DNA of 64,000 bases. It comes from Octopus sinensis (Eukaryota). Positions 40,772 to 54,644 of this stretch are shown here, in pieces. The notes beneath the pieces were generated by a model. The model was not told the DNA's origin and did not search any database. It saw only the letters and a list, made by a program, of their open reading frames with translations. The stretch lies in assembly GCF_006345805.1 (NCBI RefSeq), contig NC_043006.1, forward strand, positions 84,258,001 to 84,322,000, in the 5' to 3' direction. The position numbers and the translations under genes are program-made. Each line of letters starts with the position of its first letter. Positions within the stretch are counted from its first letter, which is position 1.

Positions 40772-40774
40772 TAG

Positions 40775-40807
<33 letters not shown>

Positions 40808-40818
40808 ATGTATGTATG

Positions 40819-40854
<36 letters not shown>

Positions 40855-40867
40855 TATATATATATAT

Positions 40868-41175
40868 ATCTGTAAACGTAATATGTGACAATTATTCGGT
40901 AGCCATGATAAAACTCCGAGTTTCGGATGCCGGGGTGGAAATCCACGCTGCCATCTCTTTAGTTATCCGGCCATCGGAAAAAATACTATGAAAATGACCG
41001 TTAAACAAAGGGAAACGTTCATTTTCATAGCATTAACTGAAGAGATGGCGGCGTGGATTTCCACCCGGTATCCGAAACTCGGAGTGTTATCATGGCTACC
41101 GAATAATTGTCACATATTACATTTACAGATAAATTCCTCTATTTACATTATATCGAGGTCCCTTTCATTCTTTTG
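40868..41175. mobile_element. Palindromic Penelope-like pLTR pair with hammerhead cores
   Basis: Arms 40868-40965 and 41034-41130 are reverse complements. CTGAAGA-gatg...tatc-CGAAAC at 41037-41078. A homologue lies at 59790-59990. Confidence 0.75.
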
Positions 41176-41208
41176 TTATCTTACCATTTTTATCAATACA
41201 TATATATG

Positions 41209-41241
<33 letters not shown>

Positions 41242-41689
41242 GCGTAAATGTTGGTTGAATATCTGTTATTCGATGACGCTTGGTCGCGTACATATTTAAT
41301 TCTAACACTCAAATTTATATCTTTGAAATGCTGCAGTGATGATGAGAAATAAGTAAGTAAATATTACTTTACTTTAATCTCGAAACGCGTATGTAGCTCA
41401 TCTGAGTCGTGTGGATTCGTTATTTTTTCCTTTTTGTCTACGTTAAAAAAATGGTAGCAGAATAGGCATTTTAACTCCAATTTCTAAATTCGGTGCGTGG
41501 TGAAGCCGATGTAGTGCGCACTACTTCAAAGAAAAAAAAACATATCCGGAAGTCTTCACATGGTCTGCAGCTGAGCAAAAACAGTTAACCTGACTTCATC
41601 AATTCTAGAGTCTCGAAGCCATCCCCACCAACACGCAAGACCACCAGTGGATCCGGGGTGGCCACCACTGGCATCAGTACACAGGTCAC

Positions 41690-42650
41690 ACCAGTATACT
41701 TCATAAACGTAAGAGGACTGTTACTACTCAGTAACAACCATAATTACCATCTTGAGAGACCTAGTGGTATGCAATCAAGCCTTATGCATAACCTTCACTG
41801 AAACGCACCTAAAATCCGGCATCGCAGATGCAGAAATACACATCAATAGTATGTTGTATTGCGAAGCGATAGGGAAAACAGGAACCATGGCGGAGTTGCA
41901 ATGTACATCCGGGAAGATCTCACACCCCAGATCCTTTTATTACATTCAAATTCAGTATGTGACACATTAATTGTACATATAAGGCGGTCTTGTGTGTTGG
42001 TGGGGGCGAGCTGGCTGAAACGTTAGTACACCGGGCGAAATGCGTAGCCGTATTTCGTCTGCCGTTACGTTCTGAGTTCAAATTCTGCCGAGGTCGACTT
42101 TGCCTTTCATCCTTTCGGGGTTGATAAATTAAGTACCAGTTATGCACTGGCGTCGATGTAATCGACTTAACCCGTTTGTCTGTCCTTGTTTGTCCTCTCT
42201 GTGTTTAGCCCCTTGTGGGTAGTAAAGAAATACATTAATTGTACATATAAGACAACTTAACATAGTCATATGTACTACATACCGCCCACCAAATGCTCCA
42301 AATCACACGGGCCTATTCGAAGACTGCCTTGCAAAAAAGAAGCGATCTTATTCAGAATAGACGAGCACATCAGCGTACTTCTCACGGGAGTCTTCAACCT
42401 GCCCAATGTGCCCTGAAGGCCTTTTCCTCTCAGGAATGACGCGATGTGAGCGAAGTCAGGTGGAATCCCTGCTCAACCTCAACAACAAGTTATACATGGA
42501 GTAAATAATACTCCAACCAACCAGGATAAACAATATACTTGATCTCTGCGTCACAAACAATGTGGATCTTATCCATAATGTGAAAGTGACACCGAAACTA
42601 ATCTCGAATCACAACATGATAGAGCTGACTATGTATGGACCAAAAGAACC
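41690..42650 (+). mobile_element. Decayed LINE APE-endonuclease region (CR1-group), interrupted by a SINE
   Basis: FINVRGL, TETHL, GGVAMYI, TYRPP, PTRINNILDL, SNHNMI motifs across frames. Confidence 0.75.
41984..42231 (+). mobile_element. Full-length SINE family A insertion with a 20-bp TSD
   Basis: TSD ACATTAATTGTACATATAAG at 41964-41983 and 42232-42251. Confidence 0.92.
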
Positions 42651-42653
42651 CAC

Positions 42654-42742
<89 letters not shown>

Positions 42743-43711
42743 ATCTATCTATCAATCTACATACATACGCATACACACACACACATATATATATATACAT
42801 GGTGTGGGTGTGTGCGTCTGTGTATATATGTATATATATATATATGTATATACATTTGAATAAATATATGTATGTATACATAGATTCATATATATATATA
42901 TATATGAAGATATATATGTATGTATACATAAGATCGTTAATTTAAAAATAGAATAACGATTTTATCAAGTGGTCAGCATGGAAAAAAATAACCTTCAAAG
43001 GTAATAATTATTAAAATTATAAATTAGGTTATCTACGAGATACCACCATGCTGAAAAAAGCAGCCATGATCTGACTCTAAAGCCACCTTAGGTTTTCATA
43101 TATCAACACGGAGAGAAAACAAAGAGACAAGATGAAACTAGTAAAAAATTACTGGATAATTCCAGATCCCGGATTTCTGACTTTACATTTATATATAAAA
43201 CGATGTAATTCTCCTTTTTTTATTCAAAAAGTTATTTCAGATTCATTTTGCTCTTTCATTTATATTTTTACGTATTCTCCCTGTTTTTGTCTGTTGCCAA
43301 TTTTTAAATTTTCGGAATGCTACAACATCAACAACAACGACAACGATGAAGAAACCTAAAAAAAAATACTCCTATGAAACTATAAAATTGAATATATAAA
43401 TCAATAAATCAAAATAAAATCCAATCATACATCGATTCAAAGATATCCTAAAGAGATATCCTATGCATATTTATAATTTTTTGTCTTTTGGTTAAATTTC
43501 GTCTCAGAAAGCATCATCATCGTCATCATCATCATCATCGTCATCATCATCGTCATCGTCATCGTCATCGTCATCATCATCATCATCGTCGTCATATCAT
43601 CGTCATCGTCATCGTCATCATCATCATCATCATCAATCATCACCATCGTCATCGTCATCATCACGATCATCACGATCATCATCATCATCATCGTCATCGT
43701 CATCGTCATCG

Positions 43712-43749
<38 letters not shown>

Positions 43750-43786
43750 GTCGTCGTCATCATCATCGTCATCGTCATCGTCGTCG

Positions 43787-43829
<43 letters not shown>

Positions 43830-43874
43830 ATCATCATCATCGTCATCGTCGTTTTCTACGATCGGTAGTAGTTC

Positions 43875-44742
43875 CACTGTACCGTTCTATAGAGGTTTAG
43901 TGCAGGAACAGTGCGACGAAGTTCTCGGGGAAACTCTAGGCGTCGATGATGACCAGCTAACCAGTCTATTTGGCAGAACTTTCGGGTCGGGGCTCATGGA
44001 TAACTTCCAAAAGTTCCTCGCTTGGCAGTGCTACCGAGGGGGCGCTGCCTGTTCGGGATAAATTCTACCGGCACGGAAGTGCCGTCAGCCGGGCCTGCCC
44101 GTGGTGCGCTCAGAGCGACGAAACCATTCCGCACGCACTCATCCAGTGCGTGAGTATTGCTGACCTGTGGGTTTATGTCGAACAGGTGCTGTCGCGTGTA
44201 GGACGGATCCGGCTATCAGCTGAATCCATAGTGAATATTGCCCCGTCGATCTCCTTTAACCGGGAAGGCAAGGCAATTTTCATTTGTCTGGTAGCTGTAG
44301 CCAAAGAGATGGTATGGTGAACCCGTTTGAAAGGGCTAAAGTCAGACACTTTCCTCTTTAGCCAATGCCTCATCAACTTTTTCAAGTTCCACTTGAAAAA
44401 GAAGGTGAGAGTAAAGAGGGAAGTGTTGTTTCGTAGCAAATTTATTGAAAGGTGGGTGAATGTCCGAAGAATGGCCAGTATGGACGAACTAATTCTGAGG
44501 TTACACCTGTAAAGAAAAGGAGTATAAAAGGAGAAATGGCTCTCGCCCTGTTGACCAAGCACCCGTGGCTTTTATGGGTTTTTCCATGAGTAACCTATTG
44601 GGAGTTTTTTACTTGCTAAATTTTTCTTGTTATCATATATTTACATGGACTTTTCTTTTTGCAGAACCCTTTGTTTTATCGTCCTGTTTTTGCCCTTTAT
44701 GTATTTGATTTATATTAGCCCTTGTGGCCAATAAACCAGAAT

Positions 44743-44745
<3 letters not shown>
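43875..44745 (+). mobile_element. Tx1/L1-clade LINE 3' fragment (zf-RVT CCHC) between (CAT)n and (ATT)n arrays
   Basis: LPVRDKFYRHG...CPWCAQSDETIPHALIQC...AKEMVW...FIERW; 3' GTGGCCAATAAA then (ATT)n. Confidence 0.8.
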
Positions 44746-44830
<85 letters not shown>

Positions 44831-44844
44831 CATTATTATTATTA

Positions 44845-44877
<33 letters not shown>

Positions 44878-44972
44878 TATTATTATTAATAATATCCTTG
44901 TTCTTGTTACTACTGCTAATATTATTATCATTATTATTAATTATTAATTCTATGATGATAATGATGATGATG

Positions 44973-45040
<68 letters not shown>

Positions 45041-45289
45041 CATCATCATCATCATCATCATCATTTTATTGTTGTTATTGTTGTTGTTGTTGTTATTAAT
45101 ATTATCATCATTATTTTTACTGTTCATTAGTTTGAATAAAATTCATGCGACAAGCAGATCGAAATTACAGGCTGTAAAACTGTCAGAACAGACCAAATGT
45201 ATTTTGTGCATGATTGGAAAGAACGATGACCATTTTGGAGATCAGGACGCTAGTCTATGAAAAAAACAGTGTGTGGGATAGCTACTCGT

Positions 45290-45960
45290 TCGCATGAGGG
45301 TGCTGTCCTACAGTTCGAGTAAAGAAATTTGTCCATGTGCTCAAATTTGCTAAAACATTTGGGATCTAACAATAAGTTTTGTGGTGGAATTCTTGGATCT
45401 AAAAAGAATGTGCGATATTTCAGCTACGCATAACTTTCATCTCTTTCATCCATTTATATAAAGGTAGATTTCTGTTCGATTCTCCTCTTGATTATATGCT
45501 ATGTGCAGTTGATCTTTAGATCGCATACATGGCTAACCAACTCAGTGGCTTTTTTGTATTAATGTATCGGAAAGAAGTCGAGTGGTTTGCATAGCGCTCT
45601 TTAAAAGTATCTTTGCGTAAACCGACGTAATTAAAGACTTGGGCCCCTTCTCCGTTAAATTATTCTACACCAACAGGTTTAATTATGATTTCTACAAATG
45701 AGACGCAGATCTTGGTTTTGTTACTTTACTTTTCTTTCTTCTCGTCCCACCTTTTGCATCAAACTTTTTTATGTTTTTCCTTTCGTTTTTTTTCTCATGT
45801 TTTCTTAGAGGACCAGCGTCCTGGTTTTCATATAGATCTAACGGTCTGCACTGAGTGTGAAAGATTGGTTGGAGATACATGGCATGTTATATAAATATTT
45901 ACAGTGTGAAACCATTGGTTGCCATTTTTTCTTTAAATCGGGCATATTAAATGATATTTA
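45290..45960 (-). mobile_element. Decayed Penelope-like GIY-YIG region
   Basis: Minus strand NYVGLRKDTFKERYANHSTSFR...TELVSHVCDLK. Confidence 0.6.
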
Positions 45961-46378
45961 TATATTGATGGATGGAGTACTTTTATGTTGATCCTACCTA
46001 TAACGGAACAATAAACTATAAATATATATGTGTATATGTACATTCATACGTACAAACATACATATACACATACATATGTTTCGTCTGCGTTCAATGCCTC
46101 GATAGAGTCGTAGAGGCACCGTCGTGACACAGTGGGTACTTAGGGAATTTATTTCTAAGTCTGATCGCAGTCGATTTCTTCCAGAAGAGAGAACATGAGA
46201 CAGACAGAGGAGTTATATAAAAACAATGGACCCAGTACTTGCATTTCATTCATCGATTCCGAAAGGACGAACGGCAAAGTCAACCATGGTAAGGATGAGG
46301 AACATGCACAGCACGACATTTTGTCCGGCACTGCACCGATTCTGTCCATTTAACACATATATGACTTAGATATAGACA

Positions 46379-46625
46379 TAGGGTATTCGGGCTAAATTCG
46401 ACAGTTTGCATAAAAGGAAAAGAAAGAACAATATTTCATCTAAAAATAAAAGTATTTAAAAATATCAAAGAATTTCAACTACATAAACGCAAAGTAGCCG
46501 TTATCAGCTTCACCAGGACCTCAAAATGGCTTCGGAAGCTGGCGAATTCTTTACCCCACGGTGTCCATTGGAAGATCTTCGAACTCCATTTAGATCTTTG
46601 CCACCAGTTCGGCCTTGTTGTTGCA
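46379..46625 (-). mobile_element. Tc1/mariner (DD37D-like) transposase 3' remnant
   Basis: KAELVAKI..FEDLP matches the plus-strand remnant at 48670-48860 (MDHYVWGAV..KAELVAKIKKVLEDLP). Confidence 0.55.
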
Positions 46626-47405
46626 GGCAGAGTGGTTGGTGTATTTCTCAACCGCACCCCACATATATAGCCGGGGCCAAATATTTGGAACATTAAAAAA
46701 AAATTAAAATTGTAATGCCCAAGTAGAATTTTATCCAAATATATCCAACGTAGAGATATACTTACCTAAAAACTGATCCAATGGTTCAATGTCTAGAAGA
46801 AAAATAGGCAAAATCAACAATATAGTTCCAGATCATAGGTCCTCGAATTGGACGCTGCCGCCTCCCGGCGGGCGTTGAGATGGTTCAGGTGGGTTCTGAT
46901 GTTTAAGGGAGCAGTAGAGAAAAAGAGGTATTTGGAGAAAGGCAGTGGATTGGGGGGCGTTTATGAATTTATAATATTATTATAGTATTGTATACAAATT
47001 ATACAATATATCAAATATCAAATGATTCATAGTATGTATAAATGAGTAAAATATAAAATTTTTATTTATACATAAAAATAGGGGTGGAGGCGCTCAGGGT
47101 ATTATGTGGCCATGGGGGGGGGGGCGCTGGCCCAAAAAGCTTGAGAATCTCTGTTTTAGACAGACCAAACTGCTTTCTTTTAATAAATGGAAGCTAGTAC
47201 ATCACGTATAGGAAAATATGTTCCAAACTTTTGGCCACGACTGCAGTAATCCACGGGTTTGCAATGCGGGGGAATTAGGAGGCTGGAGATCGGGGCTGGT
47301 GAAGTCGTAGAAATTATCCGACAACAACTTCTGACTCTTTCTGGAATCATTCCAAATGAAACCATATTATAATTATATTCATAACCGAATTCAAGAAATT
47401 ATTAC

Positions 47406-47453
<48 letters not shown>

Positions 47454-48227
47454 CATCATCATCATCATCATCGTCACCACCACCACCACCACCACCACCA
47501 CCACCATCATCATCAACATCATCAGCATCACCACCACCACCACCACCACCACACCAAAACCACCACCACCACCACCATCACCACCACCACCATCATCATC
47601 CTACTTCTTCTCTTCTTCTTCTTCTCTTCTTCTTCTTCTTCTTCTTCTGTCTTCTTCTTCTTCTTCTTCTTCTTCTTCTTCGTCTTCTCTTCTTCTTCTT
47701 CTTCTTCTTCTCTTATTATTATTATTATTATTATTATTTTATCAGTAAATCTTAGCGCATATCTAGAATTGCTGAGTATGCGAGTATTCGCATGAATTTT
47801 AGAATGAATATTCGTTGGAATCTTTAATGGAAAAAATTCTAATGAACTTCTAATCTATGTTTTATCTTTTTTGGTTTTCAAAACAAAGATAGAATAACCA
47901 TAAGAATCGATAATCAACGACAGAAAAAAAAAGTTACAGAAAAATTTTTGAAAATGTTTCTCGCACTGAATGATGAAATGAACTAGAAATATTACCAGCA
48001 GTTTGTGAAAACTGTATATGGTAAAATCGGCCAAACATGTTTTACGTATTGTTGCGCAGTTCTTTTCCGCCATCTTGTTTTCACTGTGTTTCCTTTTAGC
48101 GTCAACTTCCGTTTCATGACAGCCTTGTACGAGCATAGATGGAAATAAAAGAATTGGTTCCATATTCTTGAAAGAGTGAAAGGTTTCTTGAATGAAGCAA
48201 GACACAATTATGTAATGCTGTGTGCGT

Positions 48228-48660
48228 GTCTGTCCTTTGTTTGTCCCCTCTGTGTTTAGCCCCTTGTGGATAGTAAAGAAATAGGTATTTCGTCTGCCGC
48301 TACGTTCTGAGTTCAAATTCTGCCGAGGTCGACTTTGCCTTTCATCTTTTCGAGGTCGATTAAACAAGTACCAGTTACTCACTGGGGTCGATATAATCGA
48401 CTTAATCCGTTTGTCTGTCCTTGTTTGTCCCCTCTGTGTTTAGTCCCTTGTGGGCCGCAAAGAAATAAGGAACGTTAGCACGCCGGGCGAAAGGCTTAGC
48501 GGTAGTTCGTCTGTCTTCATGTTCCGAGCTCAAATTCTGCCGAGGTCGACTTCGCCTTTTATCCTTTGGGGGTCGATAAATTAAGTACCAGTTGCGTACT
48601 AGAGTCGATCTAATCGACTGGCCCCTGCCCCAAAATTTCGGGCCTTGTGCCTAGAGTGAA
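48228..48660 (+). mobile_element. SINE family A tandem multimer
   Basis: Repeated TGTTTGTCCCCTCTGTGTTTAG and GAGTTCAAATTCTGCCGAGGTCGAC units. Confidence 0.88.
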
Positions 48661-48864
48661 AAAACATATTTAGTCCAATTCTGGCTTCCTATTCCCTTGT
48701 ATTGTAACCTCATGGATCACTATGTGTGGGGCGCGGTTAAGAAAGACACCAACCACTGTAATCCTAAAGCTGAGCTGGTAGCAAAGATCAAAAAGGTGTT
48801 AGAAGATCTTCCCAGGGACACCGTGAGGGAAGGCATGCTCCAGGTTTCGAAGCCATCTTTAATT

Positions 48865-49515
48865 CTTTAACTAGTTTCAACTCAGTGCTGTAGCCATGAT
48901 GGGGTACCACCGTTTGGTTTTCTACACTTTTACTTCATGAAAACTTCTCTGATGTGTCGCATTGGTGAATGAGAGAGTTTGATGCTACTAACCTCATATG
49001 AGTTTGCTGTCGGAAGGTAAGCTCATCTGGAACTCTTGACAGAAGGAGGTCTAATTTTGTTTTGAAGACACCTACATCCACACCCTATAAGTCTCAGATC
49101 TTTTGGGAGAATATTGGAGAGCTGTGGACCCTTGAAATCCAAACTGTTACAGTATCTGGTCCAGTATCTTGGGGGCAATGTTGGGATTTTTGGCAATATG
49201 GAGAGGCATCTCGTTCTGCAGTTGTGTAACTTTCAGTGCCAGAGTTTGGTACAAGTCCTTCTATGATTTTCCAGATGTATATCACTGTATATCTTTCCCG
49301 TCTTCGTTCTAGAGAGCAGAGTCTTAACGTTTTCAATCTTTCTCAGAGCTGACCTCTTGCATTGAGACGATCTTCTTTGTGTAGCTTCGCTACATTTCGT
49401 CGAAAATTTTACACTGCATGGTGACCAGTGTTGAGAATAGTAGTCTAAAGGACTGAGGAAATATGTCTTCTAGAGGACTATCATAGTTTCCTGTTCTCTC
49501 GTTCTGAAAGTTCTA
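48865..49515 (-). mobile_element. CR1-type LINE 3' fragment (same family as 51020-51936)
   Basis: SLERRRERYTVIYIWKIIEGLVPN; tail CGGTGGTACCCCATCATGGCTACAG. Confidence 0.8.
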
Positions 49516-50091
49516 GGTTCCATATATTATATAACTATATTCTTTTTTTTTCTGTTGCTTGTTTCGGTCATTTTGACTGTAGCCGTGCTAAGCGCCGCCT
49601 TTGGTTGAGCAAATCGACACCAGGACTTATTCTTTGTAAGTCTAGTACTTATTCAATTGGTCTCCAAAACAGAACCGCTAAGTTATGGGACGTAAACACA
49701 CCAACATCGGTTGTCAAGCGGTGTTGGAGGGGGAAACAAACACAGAGACAGACACACACACACACATATATATATATATGCTTATATATATATATATATA
49801 TATATATACGTATATCTATGTATATATATATATATATATATGTATATATAATTTTTTTTCGTTGTGAGATAAGAAAGAAAGGCTGTATATATTTTAGAAT
49901 ATTTATAAATAGAATGTCTTACAGCTGTTTCTGGGATATATATTATATCCCTTCATCGGATAAGATACGAAGTAGAGAGTGAGATATGACCTACGTTGGA
50001 CCCTTATTCGCATAATCACCTAGCCTGGAACTGAACTTACTCAGCATTACCCGATACCTTTGGGTCTCACTGACACCACTACCTCTCATAA

Positions 50092-50130
<39 letters not shown>

Positions 50131-50161
50131 ATATATATATATATATATATAATATATATAT

Positions 50162-50193
<32 letters not shown>

Positions 50194-50790
50194 TAGATAG
50201 ATAGATACGATGGGCTTCTCTAAGTTTCCGTCTAATAATCCACACAAAAGGCTTTGGTCGGCCCAAGAAAATGCTTGCCCAAGGTGCCATGCAGTGGAAT
50301 TGAATCCGAAGTCATATACATGTATACAGACATAAATACACACGTTTGGGGTAGACGGATAGAGACAGAAACAAAAGTAGCGAGACAGAGTAACGACAGA
50401 GAGATGCCTGAACTGGTGTAAAGTCGCTGCTGCTGCTGTTGTTGTTGTTGTTATTGATGATGGTGTTGATGATGACGATGACGGTGGTAGAGGCGGTGCT
50501 ACAAAGTTAGCCTTGTTGTTTGTAATAAAACAAAGAGGACGGAGGTTATTATATATCTTAACCAAGACAATGAACGGTAATGACACACGGCTTTCATAAC
50601 AATATTACACTTAAATGAATTGTAAATAGGATTCAGTCACAACTGTTCAGATATTCATTTCACCTTATAAGCATTCGACATTGAACATTAAACGCATTTT
50701 TATTTATTCCTGACAAACAACCATAAACATTATCGTGTGTGTGTAATTGTATGTATGTGTTTGTATGCTTGTACGATTGTATTATGCATG

Positions 50791-50825
<35 letters not shown>

Positions 50826-50983
50826 CGTATATATGTATACATATATACAAACATGCATACATATATACATGTTTACACCCACATACATACACACACATAT
50901 ATGTATATATATGTATATATATATAAACATATGCATATGTATGCATGTCCATGCATCAATACATACACATATATGTATATAAT

Positions 50984-51019
<36 letters not shown>

Positions 51020-51022
<3 letters not shown>

Positions 51023-51936
51023 GTGGGCTGAGGACAACAACATGCAGTTTAATGCAGGTAAGTTCCAGGCCCTGCGCTACTGGCACACAAAGGTAAATTA
51101 CGTGAAGACTGGATACATTGGCCCAGGAAGAATTGCAATCCCTGAGTCAAAATCAGTGCGTGACCTGGGCATTGACATGAGCAATGATGCATCTTTCCAA
51201 ATGCATATTGCTAATCTAGTGATAAAATGCAGACGGCTAGCTGGATGGATTCTCCGAACTTTCAGAACAAGAGAGAAGGAGACACTGATGGTCCTATGGA
51301 AAACATTCGTCCTCAGCCGCTTGGACTACTGCTCCCAACTTTGGTCACCACACAATATAAAACAAACAGCAGAACTCGAAGCAACTCAGAGAAGCTACAC
51401 AAAGAAAATCGTCTCAATGCAAAATGTCAGCTACTGGGAAAGACTGAAGGTATTAAACCTCTTCTCCTGGAGCGGAGGTGGGAGAGATATGCAGTGATAT
51501 ACATCTGGAAAATCCTGGAGGGTCTTGTCCCAAACTTTAGCATTCAAAGTTACTCCAACCGCAGAACGGGGCGCCGCTGCGTGGTGCCAAGGATTCCAAC
51601 ATCACCATCAAAATACAGGTCCAGATACTGCAACAGCTTGGGTTTCAGAGGACCACAGCTCTTTAACATCCTCCCTAAATGCCTGAGAGACTTACATGGT
51701 GTGGATGTGGGTTTCTTTAAAACTAAACTGGATCTCTTCTTGTTGGGAGTCCCAGATGAACCTACCTCACGACAGGAGACACGGATGCGGGCAGCAGCAT
51801 CGAACTCCCTTGTTGATCAAGTGCCACGTATCAGAGGTGGATTCACAAACTAGTGTAGCTCATTCAGCGGTGGTGCCCCAGCATAGCCGCGGCCTTCGGG
51901 CTAAAACATTTTTAAGGATTTTAAGGATTTAAGGAT
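51020..51936 (+). mobile_element. 5'-truncated CR1-type LINE with an intact 3' end
   Basis: [51 protein letters not shown] (one frameshift near 51465). Tail GGTGGTGCCCCAGCATAGCCGCGG followed by (TTAAGGAT)n. Confidence 0.9.
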
Positions 51937-52064
51937 GTATGTATGTATGTATATATACATACATACATACATGCATGCAAACATATATGTATAATTAGGA
52001 CTAGCACCTGTTTAAATTGAGACTTGAAACCAATAACCAAGAATAAGAACAGTGAGCGATGTGG

Positions 52065-52106
<42 letters not shown>

Positions 52107-52479
52107 TGTGTGGTGTGTGTGTGTGTGTGTGAATGTGTGTGTGTGTGTGTTAACGTAAATTCGCTTAGCAAGTTTGATTGTAATTGGCCGTAATAAGATC
52201 TGTGCTGCAATAATAGCCCGGGGAGATTCTCTACCTAGACATGTGTAAATACACGTTCTGCTTTGTGGTGTTAGTAGCGTCATTATGCCGGAGGATGCAT
52301 GTGTTTCTGCCTCGTTCTGCTTCGTCAGTAAATATAAAATTATAATTATGAAAACAGCAAAGAAATTGTCAGTTGATGTGCGAATGGCCTGGTCTTCCTG
52401 GACTGAATAATTAATGACGTACAGTATTGCTTTAGATAAGATATAATTGTGTAGCGTATATGTTTAGTTGAAATTTATA

Positions 52480-52660
52480 GAAAAGCAACAGACGAAGACG
52501 GGTGTATAAACAACAAGCAAATGTATTAGTTTGACGCTCGGGAAAAATGAAAGGGTCTTTTACATTTCGAGCTTACGCTCTTCAACAGAAAGGAATAAGA
52601 AGAAATAAACAGAGAAAGAATGGAAAAAACGTGTCGAGTTCAGCGGTTCACCACGGCAGT
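52480..52660 (-). mobile_element. Penelope-like pLTR with hammerhead-like motif (CUGUUGA core)
   Basis: Motif at 52557-52592; homologous to 39175-39365. Confidence 0.7.
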
Positions 52661-52789
52661 GATAAGACCTAACGCTGCATGAATAGACCCGAGATCAAGT
52701 TCTCCACCTCGACTCGTGTAAATACATATTTTACTTTGGGCTGTGGATGACGCCATTAGATCGCACCAAAGTGCCAAAGAATAATATTG

Positions 52790-53005
52790 GTTTCAAATTT
52801 GGGCATAAAGTCAGTAATTTCGGGGTGAGGGGTTAAATAGATTACATCGACCCCAGTGTTGTTCAACTGATACTTATTCTATCGAGATTGGATAGACGAA
52901 AGGTAAAATCAATCACGGCAGACTTTGAACTCAGAACGTAAAGACAGAGACGAAATGCCGCTTAGCAGTTTCCCGTCTGTGCTAACGATCCTGCCAGCTC
53001 GCCAC
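52790..53005 (-). mobile_element. SINE family A copy (diverged)
   Basis: TTTGAACTCAGAACGTAAAGAC...CTGCCAGCTCGCCACC. Confidence 0.75.
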
Positions 53006-53499
53006 CAAGGAGTAATTTAACATCGGGTGATGAATTACGTCAATCATCCTTGTGTGGTTACATGATTGCACGATCGCGGTCTAATGACTGAAACTAGTAA
53101 ATATAATAATATTTCCCATAACTATATACTGCACGTTATTTTGCCGAACTCTCTACCGATTTCGCCTATCTGGCAGATTAAAGCGGTTCTTTTAACATGA
53201 TTCATTAATAAATAAGCATTTTTTTGCCTGATTGCCCAGCTTGAACTAATTTTTAGAAATAATTTAGATTCCAACAACATGGCGGTCTGTGAACAATTAA
53301 TGTGGTTTATAAACAAATATTGGATGACGTGTCACTTTAATTAAAGTTGAATAAATAAAACAATCTAATTAAGACACAAATTGTTGTCGTTCGTGCTCTT
53401 GTTGCTGTGGTTGTTGTTGTTGTTGTTATTACTTTCGTTTGGCGTAATTTTTTTGTCACTCCACAGACATACTTTCTCTCTCCCTCTCGTCCACACACA

Positions 53500-53950
<451 letters not shown>

Positions 53951-54644
53951 AGTGAGGTGGAAGTCGAGTCGCAAAACAATTATTCATTCTAATTAAAACC
54001 ATATCCCCTATAATATGTATTGAAGTCTCTTCTTTCATTCATCTAACATAAATCAGCGTACGTATACGTGTATGCGTGTGCAATATACATGCATATATGC
54101 ACGCGCACACACACAAACACACACACAATGGACCTTTAATGGTCTATGCGCACACAATAAACCACGAATCAAAAGTAATTAAATTTATTCAAATACTAGA
54201 AATCATAGCTGTAAGAGAAATAAGAAATTAAACATTCTTTCTATGCTTTTGATGTACAGAAAAAGATCTGGAGTCTCCTGATGGACCGTCTTAAAGTTTG
54301 TCGACCGATCCTCATAAACGACGTACCTGTTTCCCTTGGTTGATTTATAGCATTGTATATTTAACCACAATATAAAGCAGCCCGAATTAAGGGTGTCCTC
54401 GTAGCGGGTAGTTTAACTTGCGTATTTGTGCGTTTAACGGTTTGTCTTTAATTAAATATTATATCTTATGCACAACAGCGTGCAAGATCTCAACATTTTT
54501 TCATTCACATGAAAGGTATAATAGGAATGTGTTTACATTCTTATTTCTCTCACAACTAGGCTTCATACATGTGGGTGAGTTGTGAATAAATTACAACAAC
54601 CAATTTACCGGTTAGAGAACATTTTTTTAAAATTTCAAATTAAA

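Noticed and set aside
50739-51853. Two long ORFs (252 and 208 aa) as host genes
   Set aside because: They are frameshifted halves of a truncated CR1 ORF2 fused to (TA)n.
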